Source: the human T2T-CHM13v2.0 reference genome, Homo sapiens. From it: a stretch of 64,000 nucleotides of DNA. The stretch lies in assembly GCF_009914755.1 (NCBI RefSeq), contig NC_060945.1, one strand, 5' to 3'. Under the pieces are notes generated by a model. The model searched no databases. It was not told where the DNA came from and was given only the letters and a program-made list of their open reading frames with translations. The translations under genes and the position numbers were made by a program. Positions 39,955-54,120 of this stretch are shown here, piece by piece. Position 1 is the stretch's first letter. Each line of letters starts with the position of its first letter.

Positions 39955-40149
39955 CTGCTTTGAATGTTTCTCTGTCCTTCAATTCTAAGGCTTTATTTGG
40001 AAGAGAAATTTTCATTCCACAGGTAGGCTAAATGGGTTTGGAAACACAATAATTACTATATAATGTATACTTCATAAAATAAGTAGTTAATATTCAAGAT
40101 AAAAATATAAAAGTTATTACCTTCAGAAGACCATCTTTATCAGGAGAGT
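39955..40149 (-). pseudogene. Exon pair: 29 nt (40121-40149, DSPDKDGLLK) and 73 nt (39955-40027, PTCGMKISLPNKALELKDRETFKA)
   Basis: Canonical splice sites on both; overlaps ORF 39713-40015. Confidence 0.9.
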
Positions 40150-40875
40150 CTAAAAGAAAAGGGACATATATAATTGATTATACGCAAGCCTGTCAAAGTC
40201 TACCAAACATTCATGCAGTGTGAATATGAAGATGAATCCTCACGCTTGGATTGAAAAGGGGTTACACTAGGTTTTGGGGTCTTTTGGGTTATTGTGTTTG
40301 TTAACATGCCAGCGTGACAGAAATATACCTAAGAAAATTTAAAAAATAAATTTCCTCAAACATGCTGTGAAGATTTCAACAGTCAAAATATATTTCAAGT
40401 GACATTAACTAAAGCAGAAAATCCTAATACCAGTAAGAGTAAGCTGTCACATAAGGAAAGAGGTTGAATTTAGTAAGATGACCAAGACATGACCCCTCCA
40501 CCAAAAATAAATAAATAAATGTCCAAGCTAATGGTAGAATGCTATGACATATTATTAAAGAAACACATCAGAATCACTTATGTCAATATACTACAAGTAG
40601 CTATTATGTTCTTCAATTTGTCCTGTAATTTAAGAATTGCAAAGCTCCGATGAGAATTCAAAGGTACAATTTACTTATCATTGCAGAGAATGTTCTAAAT
40701 TCATCAGCATAAATACTACTTATAGAATAAAAGTTTATAAATATATTTATTTTTGAACCTCTGTGAAATACGAGTATTTTTACATTTCTGGGGTTCTCTA
40801 GTTTAGTCTTCTTAAAATTTCGTGATCCACTTATACAGAAAAGTCAAAGCATACCCATCAACAAACTAATACAGT

Positions 40876-44260
<3,385 letters not shown>

Positions 44261-45549
44261 AAAAGAAAAAACACCTAATATGAAAGTATCAAAAATTAGA
44301 AGTCAATTTCCAGAGAATTTTTATATATCATTAACCTGCATATTTCAATGTTGGAATAATGGTTACTGAAAATAACAGTTTTATTATTTTGTTGCTAAAA
44401 CTAATTCTATTTGTTATACCATGCGAGTAGTTAAAACACTGTTATGAAAAAGCTCTTACAAAAAACTTAGCTTCAAGAAAAAACAGACATTTCTTTGACA
44501 TAGAAATATATCTTCTTTCATCAAATAATATGAATAAAACATGCTTAATCTCTCATTTTTCTCTACTTTTTTATTTTTCAGTACAACATACTTTAATATA
44601 TTTAGACATATCAAGTATATATGCTGTTTCCCTTGAGAGATGATTGATCAATAATGAAGACACTTCAGGGATATAAACTCTCTAAAACACAAAAAATGTA
44701 TGTCCAAGCATTTTAAGGCTAAATACATGACCGTATTGCAGGTAGGTGTTTTAGAAAAAAAGTGCTTAAAAGTGTATTCAACACACTTTAAATAAAAACC
44801 TGCCTTAATTACGATGAGAAGGTCATTCTCGATTCATTAATATCTTTAAACTTTACTTCTGAAGCACTGAAGAAACCTCAGAATTTCATATATAAGAAAT
44901 GATACCATTAATACATCTGTTTGTTTTAGGTAAAAATATGATAAATGTACATCCTCACTAAGTGCAAAGAAAGCAGAGTGTCATGTGATATGAAATGAAT
45001 ATGTAACCGAAATATTTTCCTTTATGAAGAAAATAGCTGGCTTTGACCTTTCTAAGACAAGATAAAAAAGCAAAACATGCAGAGATGAAACATTCAGAGC
45101 TATCTCATCATCAACGAACCGTTTATCACTTGGCATTTAGGAATCCTATGTATGGTTGAAAACTCTGGTTCTAAATTGTGATCTGATTACCCCTGAAGTT
45201 CAAAATCCATGCAGAGGAAGGAAGCAGGGGAATACTACCTTCGTTATTTTTTTATTACTTTTATTTTTATAAAGGTGTACACTGGAGTTTTTTAGAGTCA
45301 GGACAGGTCACATGGCATGGCTCTAAAGATTAGTGAGCCACATTTGTAATGGCTATTGAAATGTATGGCTGTGAATCCTTGCATTTTAAGTACTTCACTT
45401 TTAATTTCTAATGTAGCGTGAAGTAAGACATACACTTAAACAAAGCCTTGTTGACATCTGTAATTATATTTATGTTGCTTTTGAGTCATCATGAAGAGAG
45501 TCTAATTAAACGTAGTGCAAAGTAAAAATGCACAGTCAGAAATGTTTTC

Positions 45550-46010
45550 TTTATTTTTTTATTTTAATATTATTATACTTTAAGTTTGAGGGTACATGTG
45601 CACAATGTGCAGGTTTGTTACATATGTATACATGTGCCATGTTGGTGTGCTGCACCCATTAACTCGTCATTTAGCATTAGGTATATCTCCTAATGCTATC
45701 CCTCCTCCAACCCCACAACAGTCCCTGGAGTGTGATGTTCCGCTTCCTGTGTCCATGTGTTCTCATTGTTCAATTCACACCTATGAGTGAGAACGCACAG
45801 TGTTTGGTTTTTTGTCCTTGCGATAGTTTGCTGAGAATGATGGTTTCCAGTTTCATCCATGTCCCTACAAAGGACATGAACTTATCATTTTTTATGGCTG
45901 CGTAGTGTTCCATGGTGTATATGTGCCATACTTTCTTAATCCAGTCTAGCGTTGTTGGACATTTGGTTTGGTTCCAAGTCTTTGCTATTGTGAATAGTGC
46001 CACAATAAAT
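45550..46010 (-). mobile_element. L1PA 3'-end fragment
   Basis: TATTATACTTTAAGTTT...GGGTACATGTGCACAATG 3'UTR; ORF 45770-46048 is the ORF2 end. Confidence 0.9.
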
Positions 46011-46013
46011 AAA

Positions 46014-46306
46014 TTCTTTTTTTTTTTCACAGAGTCTGGCCCTGTCACCCAGGGTGGAGTGTAGGTGCACGATCTTGGCTCACTGCAATCTCTGCCTCAT
46101 GGGTTCTCACATTCTCCTGCCTCAGCCTCCCGAGTAGCTAGGACTAGAGGCACCCACCACCATGCTTGGCTAATTTTTTGTATTTTTTCATAGAGACGCG
46201 GTTTCACCATGTTAGCCAGGATGGTTTCGATCTGCTGACCTCGTGATCTGCATGCCTCTGCCTCCCAAAGGGCTGGGATTACAGGCGTGAACCACAGCGC
46301 CCGGCC
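46014..46306 (-). mobile_element. AluSc/Y-like
   Basis: Alu dimer directly abutting the L1 fragment. Confidence 0.9.
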
Positions 46307-47956
46307 TGAAATCTTGAAATAAATGAAAAACGAGCTAATCGCTGAACAAAAAAATAAAAAATCGCTGTTGAATGACAAGAACATTCTACAAACATTTATA
46401 TGTGGTTTTTGCAAAAAGTGTTAATGCCAATGTGTATATGCTGAGTGATGAGGAGATAAGTGATCTTGAATCAGAGGAGCAACTCGTGACACTGAGAAAA
46501 TAAATGCAAAAGCTGAACGTAGAATGCTACACCATGTGTCTTTAATGCAACACATTATAATAATTTATATCATTACATTACAAACATTCATCATGTTCTT
46601 TAATACGTCCTGTCACTGAGAAGGTAAAAAGTTTGGAGGAGAGTTCAGCTGAATGTAGAACTGACATCTCAGCAGTGAAAGTGTTATGAATTGATCAGCT
46701 TGGATAAATACTTAGAGAATAATACTAAATATAAATATCCACTAATTTTCATACCCATATGGTATAACGGTATGCCAACATTTTTGTAATTTGTAGCTTA
46801 GCCATCTCAATATTCCTTGATCCACTCATGGAGGAAGATGTACAAAACTCATCAGGAATAGCAAATATAATAAGCTTTCAATATTGATATATTTGTTTTA
46901 AATTTAGTTGCAACAGACTTATTAAATATTAATAACATTTTCTATGTTAAAATCAGTACAATACCTATGAATAAGAACAATTTAGGTATTCAAGCAATAA
47001 ATTCAGAATTTTCTTTCTTCTTCTCTGGCTAAAAACATACTCAAAAGTAAGAGCAACATAACGCTTTCTCCTAACCTTTTCTGTCTTGACCCGTTATCCA
47101 ATTACTCTTCTTCCACATTTCTCCCATGAAAGGCCTCTCCTCTTGACCCTCTATCCAATTACTCTTTTTCCACATTTTTCCCATGAAAGGACTCTCCTCT
47201 TGCTACTCGGTCTGAGGTCCAAGGACCACCAGCATCAGCATCGCCTGACAACTTACTAAAAATGCAGAATCCCTAGTCGGCTGAATCACAGTGTGAATTA
47301 TTAACAAGGTTTTCAGATGATTTTCTAAAGTTTGAAAACTTATGGTCTATACGGAGTGTATATGACGAATTATATACATGTGTGGCCGTGCATATATGCT
47401 TATTCTCAACTATTGCAAATAGAACACAGCTCTCCATGGTCAGCTGCTTCCATCCCTAATGGCTTCCCACCAGTGAGAAAGACAGGAAGAGTCAGAATAT
47501 TTTTGCTGTAATTCTCTGGTATGTTTTGGCACTAGAAAGTCACTTTATATTCTTCCCAAATTTCTAACCATACCCGATCTTTTCCTAAAGAATCATTTCA
47601 TTTTACCATCCTCCATTATATAAACCTGCCTCTTGTTCCTTCCCGTCCTCTCTGTACTCTGTCTTTCTCGATCTTCATTTCCTCTTTTACTACTTTCTCC
47701 TTTCTTATTTTCTCATTTTCCTCAGCTCTTGGAATACCTTGAATTCAAACTAATAATTCAGTTCCTTTCCAGCACTCTCAATGTAGTCTGCTGCCAACAC
47801 ATGATAAGACGTATAACTTATCACCATTTCACTTCTCTTTTTTTCCATGCTTTGCATTCAGGAGGTAATTTTCTTCAGCTATTAGGGGATATCCCTCCTC
47901 ATCAGTTCAGAGAAACATTTGGTCAAATGACTTTTTAAATAAAATATGGTTCTTAC

Positions 47957-48047
47957 CTTCTAATTTTCCACTTAAGGTATCAAATTCTTTTTGATGTGTA
48001 GCCTTGGGTAAACACACATCATTCTGTAAGAGAGTCTCAAGGAAACT
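47957..48047 (-). pseudogene. 91-nt exon SFLETLLQNDVCLPKATHQKEFDTLSGKLE
   Basis: AACAG|AGT acceptor, AAG|GTAAGA donor; open. Confidence 0.9.
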
Positions 48048-49483
48048 CTGTTAAAAGTAGTATCAATAAATAATTTCAATGGAGAAATCCCAATAATGAA
48101 GAGTATCAAAAGTTCCTACTTAAAATCTTTTCTAAAAACACAGTTTCCTACTTTACAAACAATTCGACTTAAGAGCAGACATGTGTTGAAACCCAAAACA
48201 TTCTGATAGAAAACCTCACATAACACTCTCCACATCAACTTACCTTTACGTTCATGAGGCTATTAACTTGGTTACTGAGCAGGAAAAACAAATCACACTC
48301 ACGAAAGAATTCACTCGTGCATATTTCAGAAAGTAACTCTCTTAAAAATATCTAACTTGTGTTGTAGTCCTCATTAAAAGTAAATATGCCATTTCAAACA
48401 AAATACAATACACTTGCTACTAGCCATAACACATACTGCATTAAACATTTAAAATATTCATGATCATAGAATTGTTTAGTGTTAAAAATGATGCATGCCG
48501 TGAGGAGAACTTTTAGAGTCTGTCATATAATGCATGCACGGAATGTTTAAAAAGCTGCTTTATTTTGGTAAACAGGGGCTTAAAACAAGCAACATGTTTT
48601 TGACAAAATTTATGCTGATAGAAAAAGTGCTTGAAGAGAATGTAAATGCAGTAAGAAAAGAAATTATGTCATGTCTAAATGAAAGCCAACAAATATTAAA
48701 GTCTTTTTGTCTGACGACAAATCAGATAAAATCTACTTGTCTACTGACTTCCACCCTTTGCTCTTACCACCAGGCAGCAGCTGCTTGTTTCTAAGAGGTC
48801 AGATATTTTCCATGTCTTTCCACAGTTGTGACCTTAAAATACATCACTATTATTTCACGCTCATGCTGCTGCAGCTTGACTGCCTGCCACAAAGGGACTC
48901 GAGGAGTTCTACTTGTGAAAATAATTTATATTTTTCAAAAGATTACTCAACCAATACTCTTGTTACTGTAGTCCCACAAGGTTTCCTAGTCCTCATGCTC
49001 CTCTTTCTCCTGAAATGTTCCCTCAGATCTATACTGAACAATACAGAAATGTCAATATATTCAAGTCCCAGGCATTAACTTTTCAGGTCCCAACTTTTAC
49101 AATACTGCAGTTTAAACTGTCTCTCTATGAATCCAGTTAGAACTTTTGCACATCTAGATACACCACAGAATCATAAATTTGCCCACAGCTGGACTCAGTG
49201 TAATTCTTTCGCTTTTAGACAAACTTGCTTCAGATCCCATGTGAATTTCTAGTGACTTCTAAGCCTTATTTTTTACACTATACCACACCGGCTTCTTAAA
49301 TTAAGCCTACAAATTAGCAGAATTTCACTATGAAGCAGTCATCTATTAAGCGTATTCTGAAAAATATCGAAAATAATTTGGGAGTGACATATGCAGAGGT
49401 GAGAAAATAAAGTCTAAGCCTCTGCTTTTATGTTTTTGTATCATGCAATACTAGTATTAAAGAAAATTAATAATACACAGTAC

Positions 49484-49545
49484 CTCAAAATCCCAAGAAT
49501 GTTCTTCATCGTCCTATTGCTTGGATTCTGATTGGAACATCTGAG
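49484..49545 (-). pseudogene. 62-nt exon AQMFQSESKQ*DDEEHSWDFE with in-frame TAG at 49514-49516
   Basis: TATAG|CT acceptor, GAG|GTACTG donor. Confidence 0.9.
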
Positions 49546-51146
49546 CTATAAAAGGTTAATCACAGATACATTCATGAGAACATTTCTCTACTATAAACTT
49601 TAAAAACATATATAAATCTACTTTCATTCACGAATCTGCGGTTATTCCTCTGTAGCCCGTATATTCTTTTTGTTGATTACAATCACTACTTCTATAGTCA
49701 ATCCGTTAGAATTGAAATCTAAAAAAATCGGAAAATTAACATTATATCATTCGTTAGAATGCAGAAAAATAGAAATTTGACGAACTCCTAGAATTATTTC
49801 TTCACAAAGCAGTCATATCCTCTTCTCCCGTGAAACACAGTGTGTCCTATACTTGCTGTTCATTCAGAAAACTTTAATTACCTATCATCTCTCACTTCTT
49901 TGTAAATTTTTATTTTCTAGTATTACTTAGTTTGATTGACTCTGCAATCTCTATTACACAGTTCTTCAAAAAAGATGATTTATCAACGAACAAGATTTTT
50001 TAGGGATATTAACTTTCTGATGTTAGTAAACTATATGTCCAACACTTTTACATTTCAATATGCCATGACAGTATATTGGGTGTGCTTTGGGTGTCTATAT
50101 GTTTTAGGAAGATAAGCTTAAAAAACTTTTATTGCATATAAATTAAGAAGTGCTTTAATTACAATGACATAGTTCTTCCCTAACTCAACAATGTCTTCAG
50201 AGTCAGCTTGTGACAACTAGGAGAAACATCAGAAATGTATAGGAAAAAATAATTGCCCTAAGTAATCTCACATCCCCACATGTTATAGGATAAAATCAAG
50301 GCCCACACAAGACTTGAGGAGCTCTCAGGCCAATGAGACAGAAAATGAATTTATACCAAAAATAACGTTCAGCTTTCTTTATCAACCAAAAGTACACATT
50401 ACAACTATTTGAATCAGGTTAAAGAAAAAAGCAAACATGCACAACTAAAGCCTAAAAGACTGTATCATCGTTAAAGGTACGTTTATCATTTGACATCCAT
50501 CAACTGTGTATCTGATTTTTAAAAGTAAATTTAACGTGTGATCTCAGCATCCCTAAAGTTCACATTTCATGCAGAGGGACCAAGAAACTAAAATCATACT
50601 TTGGTATGCCACCATTTTCACTCATGTTTAGAAGTGTACCCTGGATCGTTTCAGAGATCTAATGTGTTGCGGTACCATAGCTCTAATAATCTGTGGGTCG
50701 CAGTTCAAATTGTTAGTGGAATGTATGATTGCACAAGGAGATACTTTAAATATTTTAGTTTTACTTTCTCACAACTAAAAAGTCAGTACATATAACTAAC
50801 TTAAAGACTCTGAAATTTTCATGTTTTCATTTTTATTCATTATTTATCAGCATAATAATTATGTACTTAATGGAATTTTATAAACAATCTGATATTTAAA
50901 AAGACAGTTAATTGTGTCCTTTATGGACGTCTCTAAAAATTATAATGCTGATCAAAACAGAATGTTGCCAAAAATTACACTGTACAACCATGTATGCATT
51001 AGAAGTTGAAAAAAATTTTACATATTAAATATGACCACGTACACATGTTGGAAAATGTTTAAACATGCATAAGAATACTTTAAAAAAGTAGTTTAGAATA
51101 TCGGTTACTTCTAGGCAATAAATGGTACTAGTGTAAAAAGACTCTG

Positions 51147-51465
51147 GGCCGGGCGCGGTGGCTCACGCCTCTAATCCCAGCACTTTAGGAGGCCGAGGTG
51201 GGTGGATTACAAGGTCAGCAGGTCGAGACCATCCTGGCTAACATGGTGAAACCCCGTTTCTACTAAAAATACAAAGAATGAGCCAGGCGTTGTGGTGGGC
51301 GCCTGGATTCCCAGCTACTTGGGAGGCCCAGGCAGGAGAATGGCGTGAACCCGGGAGGTGGAGCTTGCAGTGAGCCAAGATCACACCACTGCTCTCCAGC
51401 CTGGGCAAGACAATGAGACGGGCGAGACAGCAAGACGCCATATCAAAATTTAAAAAAAAAAGAAA
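51147..51465 (+). mobile_element. AluY/Sc-like with a short 3' internal duplication and no TSD
   Basis: GGCCGGGCGCGGTGG start; GGGCAAGACAATGAGAC-GGGCGAGACAGCAAGAC. Confidence 0.9.
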
Positions 51466-52010
51466 ATTTAAGACGTGAAAACAAACTCTACACATAGTCA
51501 GAACCACACACATATCTTGTGAATTTATGGTTGTTTGTTTGCTTTTTGAGATGGAGTCTCACTCTGTCACTCAGGCTAAAGTGGCACAAGCTTGGCTCAC
51601 TGCAACTTCTGCCTCATGGGTTCAAGTGATTCTCCTGCCTCAGCCTCCAGAGTAGCTGAGATTACGGGCACCCACCACCACAACCGGCTATTGTATGTTA
51701 TTTTCAGTAGCGATGGGGTTTCACTGTGTTGACCAGGCTCGTCTGCGACTCCTGACCTTAAGTAATCTGCCCACCTTGGTCTCCTAAATTGCCAGGATTA
51801 CAGGCATGTGCCGCCGTGCACAGCCTGTTGTAACATGATTTAAACATGCATGGGAATGACAACAAAAATTAATTCAGGCTGTTTTGTACCTCTAGGCAAT
51901 TAATTACAGTAGCATAAAAAGACACCAAGGCCAAAAGCTTTAGAGTCACACTTCTAAAACAGTGTGTCTAGCAAAGAGTCATCAAGTAGTGATTTTTAAA
52001 AATTATATGT

Positions 52011-52041
<31 letters not shown>

Positions 52042-52490
52042 TCAGTCACCTAATCAGAAAAACAAGAAACTGATTTTCTTTAGATTCTCAGAGTGACAAC
52101 ACTCACAACTGTCATGTCAGCAAGTGAAACTTTCCTCAAAGTAAAGATCAGAATTCCAATCAGCATTTGAACCACTGAAAATATTTCACAGTTTCAAAAT
52201 TCACCTGCCTTAAAACCGAGCACGTACAGAAATTGCAAATTGGAAACTTTACACTATCGGGATATTAAAGAAGAACCACATGACGTAAAGCAGAATTTTT
52301 TTCTAAATCCCTAATTCTTATGCTTCTAAATGGCATTTTCTCAAACATAAATACTAACATTGGCATTATTTGTATCAAGTTTTCCCATCAAATTTTCTAA
52401 AGAAAACAACATTGGGAATAAAAGGCTCTCAGCATTTCAAATAGTTTAATATTCTTAATTCCAGAGTAAAATTTGAATTACAAAGTTTAC

Positions 52491-52685
52491 CTGCTTTGAA
52501 TGTTTCTCTGTCCTTTAATTCTAAGGCTTTATTTGGAAGAGAAACTTTCCTTCCACAGGTAGGCTAAATGGGTTTGGAAACACAAAAATTAATAGATAAT
52601 GTATACTTCATAAAATATGTAGGTAATAATCAAGATAAAAATATAAAAGTTATTACCTTCAGAAGACCATCTTTATCAGGAGACT
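52491..52685 (-). pseudogene. Exon pair: 29 nt (52657-52685) and 73 nt (52491-52563), ESPDKDGLLK-PTCGRKVSLPNKALELKDRETFKA
   Basis: Canonical splice sites, open frame. Confidence 0.9.
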
Positions 52686-52849
52686 CTAAAAGAAAAGGGA
52701 CATATATAATTGATTATATGCAAGCCTGACAAAGCCTACCAAACGTTCATACAGTGTGAATATGAAGATGAATCCTCATGCTTTGATTGAAAAGGGATTA
52801 CACTAGGTTTTGGGGTCTTTTGGGTTATTGTATTTGTTAACATGTCAAC

Positions 52850-53719
52850 TGTAGGATGACTCCCTGAAACTATTGCTATGGAATGAAAGATGCAATGCTC
52901 CTGATTATTGTAAATACAAAATTGCATGCAGGATTGTGTAAAGACAATGCCAGGTTGGACTGCCAGAATGAGCCAACAGCACATGATGTGTTTCCCCCTG
53001 CAGAGAGCCTGTGAATGGATGTGCAGTCAGGGAGGTTTTACATCACCAAGATTCCTATCCCAGAAACGCATATGTTCATAGCTCTGGGAATGGAATGCCA
53101 CCCTTGTGGAGAGCCTATAAACAGATGCATGGGGGGCGCCTGTCCATATGGATAAGATAGTGCTGTGAACGCCCTCATCTTGCCACGGCTCTTCTAGGCC
53201 TCTTTAGGGTTAAGGCATACTCCTGAGAATTTCTGGTCTAACCAGTTGTCTAGCTTCACATCCTGTTTCTATGGATTGTTTCTAACCAGCTTTTGCTGCA
53301 ACTGTTACTGCTGATTAATATCTTGCTAATCATAGGTTATAGAAAGACTGTGTTTCTTTTTTAAGGCTCTGTTAGAAATTACCGATGCACACACTATATT
53401 GTAAATTCTTATCCCTGTGTACTGTATTTAGCTAACATACAGATGTTAGCTAAAGAATTACTTCACCCCCATGTGACCATCTCACCTCATAATCAAATGA
53501 TCCTAAATCCCTCATTAACCCACCCCCACCCTCACTAAACTTAATAGTAAATGCGGGTATATCCAGTGAATTGTTGGCACCACGGGAACACAAGGCTGTG
53601 ATTCCCCTGGACCCAGCTTTCACTATCTTGTCTGTGTCTATTATTTCTCAACCTGCCGATCCACCTGGGAACAAAGACAAGGCCCCATTGCACTGCAGGC
53701 TGCTGGACAGATATCCACA
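52850..53719 (+). mobile_element. HERV-K-type (ERVK) solo LTR, ~870 bp (MER11D-like; subfamily tentative)
   Basis: TG...CA ends; polyA-like AATAGTAAA near 53543 followed by U5-like CTGGACCCAGCTTTCACTATCTTG; absent from the paralogous block at 39.7-40.3 kb. Confidence 0.75.
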
Positions 53720-53926
53720 TGAGGCAAAGCTGAATTTTTTTTATCTCTAAATCTTATGCTTCTAAATGACATTTTCTCAAACATAAATACTAACATTTGC
53801 ATTATTTGTATCAAATTTTCCCATCAAATTTTCTAAAGAAAACAACATTGGGAATAAAAGGCTCTCGGCATTTCAAATAGTTTAATATTCTTAATTCCAG
53901 ATTAAAATTTAAATTACAAAATTTAC

Positions 53927-54120
53927 CTGCTTTGAGTGTTTCTCTGTCCTTTAATTCTAAGGCTTTATTTGGAAGAGAAACTTTCCTTCCACAGGTAGGC
54001 TAAATGGGTTTGGAAACACAAAAATTAATAGATAATGTATACTTCAAATATATGTAGTTAATATTCAAGATAGAAATATAAAAGTAATTACCTTCAGAAG
54101 ACCATCTTTATCAGGAGACT
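53927..54120 (-). pseudogene. Exon pair: 29 nt (54092-54120) and 73 nt (53927-53999), ending ...KDRETLKA; most 5' recognisable exons
   Basis: Canonical splice sites, open frame. Confidence 0.9.
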
